Shown here piece by piece: positions 7,247 to 14,583 of a stretch of DNA of 18,967 bases. Source of the DNA: a plasmid; the sequence record NZ_CP013937.1; one strand, given 5' to 3'. The notes under the pieces were generated by a model that saw nothing but the letters and a program-made list of their open reading frames with translations, ran no database searches and had not been told where the DNA came from. Numbering within the stretch: position 1 is the first letter of the stretch; every line of letters starts with the position of its first letter. The translations under genes were made by a program, and so were the position numbers.

Positions 7247-8720
7247 CTATTACGGCGTCATATAAGCGCCTTCTGCGATGGATTACCCACTAAGCGGTGC
7301 AACTTTGACCTCTCAGTGCGTTTCAGAGCAATAAAAAAGCCAGTTATCGTCTTTGGAGGACACATAACCGACTTCAATATATGTTCAGCGTTACTATGGA
7401 GTAGTAAATACTGTTTATTGTCCCAAACCTTGATAGCACGAGGCAATCTTGACTTGAAACCGCTTAATTGATATGATTAACACATCAATTAAATATCAGA
7501 AAGGCGAGTAATAGGAATTGGCGTTCCAATTACAAGCTGTGCCAGATGACCGTAACTCATTTGACACGTTTTTTAACTTCCTAATTCGTATACTCAGTAT
7601 ACCATATTCAGAAGTTGAATCAAGTAGGTAAGCTCCAAACAGGACATAAAAAGTCAGGACTTACCAAGAGGATTCCGTACAAGCGTGTTGATTGAAAGGC
7701 ACGTAACGTATGGAATCCTTTTTTGTACTTATGGAATCATCTGGCAACGGTGCAGACTATCGTTATCAGGTTATCCAGAAATGGCGGGGAACACTGACCC
7801 CGATGATTCAAAAAGGTGCCCAAGCGTGGTGTAATCTCCATCACTAAGGGGTGTGGGGCGTGAAGCGGTCTTTGATACGTCCAAGCCAAATGGCAAAGCC
7901 TAAGTCCGACAAGGATATGGTGAAAACAGAAGTTACTTACCGGTAACAGACAGGGTGGCTAAAAGGCTGTCAGAGGCTCTATACGGGCATTTGACGGCAG
8001 AGGCATGTAAGGCAGTACAACCAGTCGGAAACGGCAACACAGAGGAATGTCAGAGCTGTGGTAGTAAGGTACTGAATCAACGAGATGAGTTTCGATGGTC
8101 GTGGCTTCGTGAGAAGTGGCTATTCAAACAGTTGTCCTAACAGAAGTAAGTTATTTTTTAACTTATTTCTCAATCACAGGGGACAACTGTATCTCCGGAA
8201 CATGACAAGCGCTCAAAGTGGCTGATTTGGTTTGGTTTTTCAATGTTTTTATTGATGAAATCAATTGATTAAGGCCTGCCGGCTGAGGCTTACCAAGTGC
8301 CGGTTGCTACCCTAACGCACGTGATACCAATTGAATCGGCTTCACATCATGTTCAATTGACCAGCGTGCGTTAGGGTAGCGTTTACCCAGTCTCAGCAGA
8401 TCCATTGTTGCGATAGCCAATCCAAGACAGCCCTTAGGAGTTTACCGTAGTGATATCAGACACATGAGGGTACAATAACATTGCGTAGCCAGTATTTTCC
8501 TTGAGAAGGCATTCTAGATTACACATCTGGGGTGTCTTTTTTTGTGGAATCATAACAGGACCTCTGTTCAGTTATGACAATACAACGGAACAGGGGAGAT
8601 ACTGTGAGATGAGACTTTTGCATTGTTTAAATGAATGGTTATTCTTTTTTGTATCGTCTCACGTTTTGTTTAAGTCGTGTCAGTATACCCTTGTTTGATA
8701 CTGATAATGTGGTATCTTAT
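7247..8720 (+). other. About 1.4-kb ORF-poor, GC-richer, hairpin-dense region; candidate large structured RNA and/or plasmid origin (ori or oriT)
   Basis: No ORF longer than 75 aa, and none with an RBS. Visibly higher GC than the flanks. Structural elements include an internal terminator at 7680-7735, a 9-bp IR at 7464-7492, the palindrome aattggcgttccaatt at 7516-7531, nested hairpins cagttgtcc/ggacaactg at 8129-8189, and a roughly 100-nt imperfect hairpin at 8290-8391 with a 16-bp core gctaccctaacgcacg/cgtgcgttagggtagc. Sigma70-like TTGATA-17-TATGGT lies at 8695-8723 in front of the downstream gene. Confidence 0.4.
7680..7735 (+). terminator. Rho-independent terminator inside the noncoding region
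   Basis: ggattccgtac ... gtatggaatcc gives an 11-bp stem with one G-U pair, followed by T6. Confidence 0.55.
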
Positions 8721-8752
8721 GGTTGACGATTCTGATACATGGAGGAAAGATT

Positions 8753-9253
8753 ATGAATAAGTTTGATAATGTCGATGAACTTCTCAAGGAACTTGGTATA
8801 AGTCGTGCCACAGCTTACCGTAGAGCACGCAAATATGATATTTCGTTATCTGATTTGTCTTCGGGTCTCTCAGACGATGAGATTGAGAAATTAAAGAAAC
8901 CACTGCAAAATTCTGGGAAACAAAAGGTTTCAGAAGATGTTGAGAAGTATCGTATCAAAGTTTCGGAGATGTCAGATATTATCGCTAGTCTCGAGACTGA
9001 GATTTCGTCTCAAAAAGAACGATACGACATGGAACGGAAACGAAACGATGAGCGTGAGACTGTTTTGCTTGATAAGTTAGGGGAGGCACAGAATCTGGTT
9101 AGCCAGTCACAGCAACTCCAGCTGATGACAGAGAATAAATTAGCTAAAGTTGAGGAAGAATTGGCCAGTATCAAGATGATTGAGACAGAGACGGAGTCAC
9201 AGACAACCGCTAATGATCCTAAAAGGGGCTGGCTTGCACGATTGTTCGGGTAA
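8753..9253 (+). CDS. N-terminal HTH plus long coiled-coil protein; possibly DUF536-like plasmid replication-associated protein (RepX/OrfX type)
   Basis: RBS GGAGGA lies 6 nt before ATG 8753; the upstream in-frame ATG at 8723 has no RBS. Translation MNKFDNVDELLKELGISRATAYRRARKYDISLS has an HTH, then heptad-rich Glu/Lys sequence, and ends ...KRGWLARLFG. Functional assignment is from memory of the DUF536 C-terminus and is tentative. Confidence 0.6.
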   Translation: MNKFDNVDELLKELGISRATAYRRARKYDISLSDLSSGLSDDEIEKLKKPLQNSGKQKVSEDVEKYRIKVSEMSDIIASLETEISSQKERYDMERKRNDERETVLLDKLGEAQNLVSQSQQLQLMTENKLAKVEEELASIKMIETETESQTTANDPKRGWLARLFG

Positions 9254-9297
9254 GAAACTATTTTCTAATAAATAGACAATACAACAAGGATAATATA

Positions 9298-9477
9298 ATG
9301 AAATTTCTAGCATATACCGTAGCGTGGGCGCTTGTCATCAGTCAGTGGAACGACTTAAACGCATATTATTGGAGTACAGATGTACCAGCACCAATCGGGG
9401 CTATTATTATTACGGTAGTAGCTACCGTGATATTATCTATCGTAACATTTAAGGAATTAACAAAAGGAAAAAAGTAA
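9298..9477 (+). CDS. Hypothetical 59-aa two-TM small membrane protein
   Basis: RBS AAGGA lies 8 nt before ATG 9298. Translation MKFLAYTVAWALVISQWNDLNAYYWSTDVPAPIGAIIITVVATVILSIVTFKELTKGKK. It falls below the ORF-track length cutoff. Confidence 0.45.
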   Translation: MKFLAYTVAWALVISQWNDLNAYYWSTDVPAPIGAIIITVVATVILSIVTFKELTKGKK

Positions 9478-9523
9478 ATGGCACAGAGCACTGTGAGCTG
9501 CTCGAGGACTGAAGTGGTCTACA

Positions 9524-9594
9524 TTGTGAATTTGTCCTTCTATGGCGCTTGTGAAGTGTCCCAGAGGGGCTGAGATGACTTTGTGAATTTGTCC
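9524..9594 (+). repeat. Iteron-like direct repeats TTGTGAA(T/G)T(T/G)GTCC, three copies
   Basis: ttgtgaatttgtcc at 9524-9537, ttgtgaagtgtccc at 9546-9559, ttgtgaatttgtcc at 9581-9594. Spacings are 22 and 35 bp. An adjacent hairpin aggggctga/tcagccctt lies at 9561-9625. Confidence 0.5.
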
Positions 9595-9690
9595 GATTGA
9601 GCAATCCACCGTCAGCCCTTGGTAATTGGGTCACTCAGGATAATGGACATTATGTAAACAACGATTGGTATAGGTGAAGGGGGAGTACCC

Positions 9691-9825
9691 ATGAATGATG
9701 ACGATAAGAAGCTGGACGAACTTGAAACACAACTTGTACCAACACCCGACATTGACCTAAGTGTGCCCGCAGATGAGCCTGAGCCTGATGTTGCTGAATC
9801 AGTAGCTAAGTCGATGGATAAGTGA
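9691..9825 (+). CDS. Hypothetical 44-aa highly acidic peptide
   Basis: Very strong RBS GAAGGGGGAG (9676-9685) lies 5 nt before ATG 9691. Translation MNDDDKKLDELETQLVPTPDIDLSVPADEPEPDVAESVAKSMDK. The antisense 158-aa ORF here is Ser-rich low complexity. Confidence 0.35.
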   Translation: MNDDDKKLDELETQLVPTPDIDLSVPADEPEPDVAESVAKSMDK

Positions 9826-10023
9826 TAGCCATAGAGGCACACCACAGCACCACCAGAGTGTCCAATGACGGATAATCGTATCACCACAGCGTGCCCATAA
9901 TCGGGTGACATAGCATTACCAGTGTCGACACGGAGGTCGATGATAGGCTGATACACGCACCTACCAGAGGGGACACTGTTGACGTGGGTGTCAATGACAT
10001 CTGACATATAATGGTACACAAAT

Positions 10024-10067
10024 AGCCCCGTAGCACTCCTCAGGAACATGCTACGGGGCTTATTTTG
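10024..10067 (+). terminator. Rho-independent terminator
   Basis: agccccgtagc-loop-gctacggggct followed by tattttgg. Confidence 0.7.
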
Positions 10068-10219
10068 GCATTGTGTGTGGTTTGACATATGTATCTGGGA
10101 GTACCGTGGTCAAAAAGTTGATTTGGCATTTTTACAATAAGGAGGACTTCGGGAGTTACTTAGGTAATAAAGGAAGAGATAAGGTAATTCTGAAGTGGTT
10201 GAGTAATAAAAGAAGAAAG

Positions 10220-10245
10220 AATGCTCTTCTGCTATTAGTTTACAG
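10220..10245 (-). repeat. Repeat family core, copy C (aatgctcttctgctattagtttacag)
   Basis: It matches the first 26 bp of copies A and B, then continues gccgtataagcgc. A degenerate relative (tgctatta..cgtcatataagcgcc) lies at 7246-7272 just after the 7186-7243 terminator. Confidence 0.45.
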
Positions 10246-10298
10246 GCCGTATAAGCGCTTTTGAGCGCAATTAATCATCATCCATATAAAATATCGTC

Positions 10299-10371
10299 TA
10301 TAACGAATAAAACGCCATAAAAGGCTTACAAAGAGCTTTTTATGGCGTTTTATTCGTTATAGGTGTTTTTT
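10299..10371. terminator. Exceptionally long, near-perfect 25-bp hairpin followed by a T7 run
   Basis: tataacgaataaaacgccataaaag - 12-nt loop - cttttatggcgttttattcgttata (one bulged T), then ggtgttttttt. Confidence 0.65.
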
Positions 10372-10646
10372 TGCGCATATTAAAGTTAATTCCTTACTAA
10401 CCAAGAACATTTTATCTACATACGAGTTTAACGTATCAATTAACAATCAAATCACTAGTCTATTCTGAATAATCATATGACTCAAAACAGTAATGACTAA
10501 TCATTTTATTAAATGACCATCGGATCACAAAATAATGGCATTAAATCTTAAAAGCTTGAATTTACAAGCAATTATTTGCCAGCATCATAACCGAATGAAA
10601 TGAGGACAATGCGCACTTACACTCTTGACACCTGTCAATAGTAGTT

Positions 10647-10673
10647 TGCCAAGGATTTCATCCTTGGTTTTTC
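10647..10673 (+). terminator. Small rho-independent terminator-like hairpin; preceded by palindrome TTGACACCTGTCAA at 10625-10638
   Basis: ccaaggat-ttc-atccttgg then ttttt. The 14-bp palindrome contains a -35-like TTGACA. Confidence 0.45.
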
Positions 10674-10700
10674 CTTGTATCAGAAGGCTAACGCCAACTA

Positions 10701-11060
10701 TTAATTAATCACATTATGCAGGATCCAATGGCTATAAGATAACCGGGCACTCATCGTAATTAACCACGGATGATTGACTTCGAAAATTTGTATTTCCGTT
10801 TCTAAGTACAGGAGTGTTTTACCATGATTAAAAGTTAAAATCGGTGCTGGAAAATCAGGTCTGGTCGCAACCTGATGTACGCTTTGCCGTGAGTTCATCT
10901 CCCAACGTTCTTTTAGATCTTCTCGTGATAAAAGTTTTGGTAACTGCTCTTTCTCAACTAACACTTGTTTTGTGAGTTGTGCCGTTAATTCTTCCTTAGC
11001 CGCATTGGGATGCCAATCATTTAAAATATCATATGCGTTATTACCTAAATCTAATTCCAT
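10701..11060 (-). CDS. Hypothetical 119-aa protein with C-terminal excisionase/HTH_17-like (AlpA/Xis-type) region
   Basis: Strong RBS AGGAGGA lies 6 nt before ATG 11058-11060 (internal to track ORF 10701-11105). LLSREDLKERWEMNSRQSVHQVATRPDFPAPILTFNHGKTLLYLETEI resembles the Xis/AlpA HTH pattern. The assignment is tentative. Confidence 0.5.
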   Translation of the reverse strand: MELDLGNNAYDILNDWHPNAAKEELTAQLTKQVLVEKEQLPKLLSREDLKERWEMNSRQSVHQVATRPDFPAPILTFNHGKTLLYLETEIQIFEVNHPWLITMSARLSYSHWILHNVIN

Positions 11061-11101
11061 GAATAGTCCTCCTAATGTGTCATGGTTACAAGATAAAATA
11101 T

Positions 11102-11392
11102 TCACCGCGGATAGTAAACTTTACTATCATCACCATGAAATACTTCAATGCTCAAATGGTAATAATTATCATAGATACCAGCTTGATACATCGATTCCGT
11201 GATGTTGTGTAGCATGGGCGGTTCTAAGATACGTTCACGTAGCAACCAGAAATGTTCATTATCATTTTGAATAAACACACAGCACCGTTTATCTCTCACA
11301 TTAAACACGCGGATTTCACGGCCGTCATCATAGCGAATAATAGCTTGTAAGGATAAATTATCATTGGTCATGTACTCATCAAAATTAGTCAT
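11102..11392 (-). CDS. Hypothetical 96-aa protein, translationally coupled to the upstream 59-aa gene
   Basis: Its start ATG overlaps the upstream stop in an ATGA overlap at 11389-11392. I recognise no family. Confidence 0.55.
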   Translation of the reverse strand: MTNFDEYMTNDNLSLQAIIRYDDGREIRVFNVRDKRCCVFIQNDNEHFWLLRERILEPPMLHNITESMYQAGIYDNYYHLSIEVFHGDDSKVYYPR

Positions 11393-11568
11393 GATTTATC
11401 ACCAAAATAATGATCCAGTAATAGATAACCCAGTAGGTCAGTATCACCAGTATTATCCATGGTTGCATCAAAGGCATCTGCAAAATAAGTCTGGCTAGCT
11501 GTATCAGGGCCTTGTTTATCTGACACTGTAATGATGTTGTCTAATTGTGCCTTAGTAATCCTAGTCAT
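11389..11568 (-). CDS. Hypothetical 59-aa acidic protein
   Basis: RBS GGAGGT (rc of 11576-11581) lies 7 nt before ATG 11566-11568 (MTRITKAQLDNII...). The track ORF starts 5 codons upstream without an RBS. It is Asp-rich. Confidence 0.5.
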   Translation of the reverse strand: MTRITKAQLDNIITVSDKQGPDTASQTYFADAFDATMDNTGDTDLLGYLLLDHYFGDKS

Positions 11569-11757
11569 TAAAAATACCTCCATGGTGGTGCCAAAATGAA
11601 CAAATACGGTCTAATTTAGGAAGATTAGTTGGCGTTATTACCCAAAATCAATTTGATCTAACATTGTTTCACGACTTGCTTGATCTAACCCAAGATAAGT
11701 CAGTGTCATAGCCTCACTCGAATGATTCAATAAGTGCATGACTAAGCCAATATTATA
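11527..11757. repeat. 231-bp direct repeat, copy 1 (about 94% identical to 17213-17443); contains the last roughly 40 codons of an int gene (remnant)
   Basis: Aligned by eye, with about 14 mismatches. The minus strand of 11637-11757 encodes ...LVMHLLNHSSEAMTLTYLGLDQASRETMLDQIDFG*, identical to the integrase C-terminus at 17315-17440. Confidence 0.85.
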
Positions 11758-11786
11758 ATATTTTTACTTATTTAGAACTATTTCAT

Positions 11787-11808
11787 AAACTTGATGGACG
11801 TCAAGTTT
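11787..11808. promoter_or_regulatory. Palindrome AAACTTGA-N6-TCAAGTTT; candidate Crp/Fnr(Flp)-box at class-II position of the ATPase operon promoter
   Basis: Its centre lies about 41 bp upstream of the predicted TSS, given a -10-like TAATAC at 11824-11829. RBS AGGGAG at 11851-11856 and ATG at 11864. The cognate Crp/Fnr regulator is encoded last in the operon. Confidence 0.5.
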
Positions 11809-11863
11809 ATATCTCCCAAAAGTTAATACACTTTAGTTGAACTAAAATTAAGGGAGAAATCAT

Positions 11864-13714
11864 ATGAAACATAATATTCTTAAACATAAAAATAAAATTA
11901 CTAGTATCAGTGGCTTACTCATTGCTTTAGCACTAATCGCACACTTTATTTTTGCCAATACAACAATTTCTAATAGTGCTTTTATTATAGCTTCTATATT
12001 AGGCGTTACCCCCATTTCTTTACAGGCTTATCAGGCTATGAAAGTAAAAGTAGTAAGTATTGATGTTTTAGTAACGATAGCGGTCATTGGTGCTCTCTTT
12101 ATTCAAAATTATGAAGAATCAGCAATTGTTACTTTTTTATTTTTGTTTGGATCATATTTAGAACAACGAACACTTAACCAAACACGATCAGCTATTAAAG
12201 AGTTGACGGAAATGGCTCCAGAAACTGCTTTTAAGCAATTGACAGGGGGACAATTTGCAGAAGTAGATATTGATGAAGTAGAAGAAGGGGATATTCTCCT
12301 AGTAAAGACTGGTGCCAAGATTCCCGTAGATGGTAGGGTAACTACTGGAAAAGGATATGTAAATGAGGCTAATATCACAGGTGAATCTTTACCTTTAAAG
12401 AAAGAAAAAGACGATGAAGTATTTGCCGGTACTATTATGGACAACGGTACTATTCAAATAGTGGCTGATAGAGTAGGGGAAGATTCTACATTTGGAAAAA
12501 TTATTGACTTGGTAGAAGAAGCGCAGGATTCTAAATCAGAAGCAGAACGATTCATTGACCAGTTTTCTCGCTGGTATACACCTGCAGTACTTACAATTGG
12601 GCTGTTGGTTTGGGTATTAACCAAAGATACAGAACTTGCGATTACTGTATTAGTACTTGGTTGCCCAGGAGCCTTGGTAATTGGTGTACCTGTTTCAAAT
12701 GTTACAGGGATAGGAAATGGCGCAAAAAATGGTGTTTTATTTAAAGGTTCTGAAGTGATTAGTCATTTTGCCAATGCAGATACAGTGTTATTCGATAAAA
12801 CAGGTACCTTAACTGAAGGAAAGCCTGAAGTGAGCGATATTATTTATTATGGAAGTAATCAGGAGGAGGATTTATCTCTATTGCTTTCAGTTGAAAGTGA
12901 GTCTGATCACCCATTAGCTGTCGCTATTGTAAATAAATTAGCACAATATAAAGTAAGGCCTATAGAAAATACACAGGTTGTAAAAGGTGGGGGCGTAATT
13001 GCTCACGTAGATGGGCACGTTGTTTCAGTAGGAAATAAAACCTTAATGCAACAAGAAAGTATACCGCTATCTGATGATGTTCTTAAAAAATTGAATAAAT
13101 TAGAAAGAACCGGTAATTCAATTGTATTAACGGCAGTTGATCATAAGTTAATCATGTTAATGGGTATCCGCGACAAGGTTCGACCAGGTGTTAAGCAGGA
13201 CTTACAAAAATTAAAATCACTTGGTATTAAAAATCTCATTGTATTATCAGGTGATAACCAAGGTACAGTTAATTTAGTTAAAAAGGAACTAGGTTTAACG
13301 GAAGCCCATGGTGATATGCTACCAGAGGACAAACAAGCATTTCTAAAAAGACGACAGCACTCGGGTGAAATAGTTGTTTTTATCGGTGACGGCGTTAATG
13401 ACAGTCCCTCTCTGGCTACTGCAGAGGTAGGTATAGCTATGGGGAATGGAACAGATGTCGCAATTGAAAGTTCAGATATTGTTTTAATGAATTCTAACTT
13501 TAACCGCCTTCCTCATGCTTTAGGCCTAGCAAAAGTAACATATGCGAATATGCGACAAAATATTCTAATTGCTGTTGGCGTCGTGATAATACTATTGGTT
13601 AGTTTAATATTTAGTGAATGGATGTCTATGTCAATTGGGATGTTGGTTCATGAGGCCAGTATTTTAGTAGTTATTTTAAATGCAATGAGATTAAGAGGTT
13701 ATCAATTAAGATAA
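11864..13714 (+). CDS. Heavy-metal (Cd/Zn/Mn-type) P1B-type ATPase, CadA/MntA-like; no N-terminal HMA domain; atypical CPG in place of CPC
   Basis: 616 aa starting directly in TM helices. It has DKTGTLT and GDGVNDSPSL. The TM6 motif reads VLGCPGALVIGVPVS where CadA has GCPCALVISTPIS. Confidence 0.88.
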   Translation: MKHNILKHKNKITSISGLLIALALIAHFIFANTTISNSAFIIASILGVTPISLQAYQAMKVKVVSIDVLVTIAVIGALFIQNYEESAIVTFLFLFGSYLEQRTLNQTRSAIKELTEMAPETAFKQLTGGQFAEVDIDEVEEGDILLVKTGAKIPVDGRVTTGKGYVNEANITGESLPLKKEKDDEVFAGTIMDNGTIQIVADRVGEDSTFGKIIDLVEEAQDSKSEAERFIDQFSRWYTPAVLTIGLLVWVLTKDTELAITVLVLGCPGALVIGVPVSNVTGIGNGAKNGVLFKGSEVISHFANADTVLFDKTGTLTEGKPEVSDIIYYGSNQEEDLSLLLSVESESDHPLAVAIVNKLAQYKVRPIENTQVVKGGGVIAHVDGHVVSVGNKTLMQQESIPLSDDVLKKLNKLERTGNSIVLTAVDHKLIMLMGIRDKVRPGVKQDLQKLKSLGIKNLIVLSGDNQGTVNLVKKELGLTEAHGDMLPEDKQAFLKRRQHSGEIVVFIGDGVNDSPSLATAEVGIAMGNGTDVAIESSDIVLMNSNFNRLPHALGLAKVTYANMRQNILIAVGVVIILLVSLIFSEWMSMSIGMLVHEASILVVILNAMRLRGYQLR

Positions 13715-13777
13715 TTGATCTATATCAAGTATCTTAAAAAGAATGGCCTATATAATTTATTTAAAGGAGTGATAGAT

Positions 13778-14014
13778 ATGACTAAAGCAATATTAAAATT
13801 AGAAACATTAACTTGTCCATCATGTTTACAAAAAATCGAACGTGGCTTAAAACAGACTGCTGGTGTAAAAAAAGATTCTGTAAAAGTACTTTTCAATGCG
13901 AGTAAGGTAAAAGTGGATTTTGATGAAAATCAGGTCAATTTGAATACAATTGAAAAAGCAATTGAAGACTTAGGATACCCAGTAATTAGTTCAAAAGTAA
14001 AGGAAGGTGCATAA
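13778..14014 (+). CDS. Heavy-metal-associated (HMA) domain protein, CopZ/MerP-like metallochaperone
   Basis: RBS AAGGAG lies 8 nt before ATG 13778. Translation MTKAILKLETLTCPSCLQKIERGL carries a CxxC metal-binding motif in a ferredoxin-like HMA fold. The track ORF starts 21 codons earlier without an RBS. Confidence 0.85.
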   Translation: MTKAILKLETLTCPSCLQKIERGLKQTAGVKKDSVKVLFNASKVKVDFDENQVNLNTIEKAIEDLGYPVISSKVKEGA

Positions 14015-14015
14015 A

Positions 14016-14567
14016 ATGACGACGGTAAATGAAAGGCAAGAAAAATTAGCCGCCGAACAAGCATATAAAGAACACATTCATCATACTAAGATTAATTCTG
14101 CAGCTGTTACAGATCATATACTTGCTAATATTCATACATTACATGTAAAGTTGCATCAATATCATTGGTATGTAAAAGGCAAAAACTTCTATGCATTGCA
14201 TAATGTTTTTGAAAATTTATATAACGAGAATGAGGCATGGTTTGATAAAATTGCAGAACGCTTACTAGCTTCAGGATTTAAGCCAGCATCAACAACTACT
14301 GAATTTCAAGAATTTACAACGATTTCTGAAGATTCTTCGGAAAAATATTACACTGCTGATGAGATGGTCCTACAGATAGTAGAAGATTTTAGATCTAATC
14401 GTGAATTTACTATTCGTGCAATTCGCTTAGCACAAGAAGAAGGAAATGATGCTTTGGAAGATTCACTAATTAGTTATAAAGCTTATTTAGACGTAAATAT
14501 TTGGCAACTTCAAGCATTTATTAATAAGGATGCCTTAGAAGACGATGACTATATAGATAACGATTAA
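14016..14567 (+). CDS. dps: Dps-family (DNA protection during starvation / miniferritin) protein
   Basis: RBS AGGAAGG lies 8 nt before ATG 14016. LHVKLHQYHWYVKGKNFYALHNVFENLYNE is the Dps ferroxidase-centre signature (H..HW..G..F...H). It has an acidic C-terminal tail. Confidence 0.85.
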   Translation: MTTVNERQEKLAAEQAYKEHIHHTKINSAAVTDHILANIHTLHVKLHQYHWYVKGKNFYALHNVFENLYNENEAWFDKIAERLLASGFKPASTTTEFQEFTTISEDSSEKYYTADEMVLQIVEDFRSNREFTIRAIRLAQEEGNDALEDSLISYKAYLDVNIWQLQAFINKDALEDDDYIDND

Positions 14568-14583
14568 TTAGGAGAAAAACGGT

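Noticed and set aside
7244-8698. Small ORFs 7244-7471, 7258-7446, 7955-8140 and 8501-8698 in the ORF-free region
   Set aside because: None has an RBS. They overlap hairpins and terminators. I treat them as noise within a structured noncoding region.
7600-8700. Group II intron or retron hypothesis for the structured region
   Set aside because: No reverse-transcriptase ORF, no recognisable GUGYG 5' end or domain-V consensus, and no msr/msd-like arrangement were found. I kept it only as a generic candidate structured RNA or origin.
8723-8752. Upstream start for the 8753 gene (MTILIHGGKIMNKF...)
   Set aside because: The GGAGGA RBS is positioned for ATG 8753. The 8723 ATG overlaps the putative -10 and has no RBS.
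9612-10088. 158-aa minus-strand ORF (Ser/Gly-rich)
   Set aside because: It is low-complexity, has no RBS, and runs antisense to the well-signalled 44-aa ORF and its terminator. It is a chance ORF in a GC-richer stretch.
2555-10245. Possibility that the 67-bp repeats form a CRISPR array
   Set aside because: There are only three or four copies, kilobases apart, of unequal length and divergent sequence, with no regular spacers and no cas genes. They behave like IS-end remnants.
10073-10264. 63-aa plus-strand ORF
   Set aside because: It starts inside a terminator, ends inside repeat C, and has no RBS.
7247-10370. Calling the 7.2-10.3-kb segment a complete plasmid replicon
   Set aside because: No Rep-family initiator ORF (RepA_N, Rep_3, Rep_1 or Rep_2) is present. 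Only accessory-like elements are there: an HTH protein, iteron-like repeats and hairpins. I report it as backbone-like only.
10972-11202. 76-aa plus-strand ORF
   Set aside because: It is antisense across the junction of two well-supported minus-strand genes.
12109-13332. ORFs 12109-12444(-) and 13141-13332(-)
   Set aside because: They are antisense within the P-type ATPase gene.
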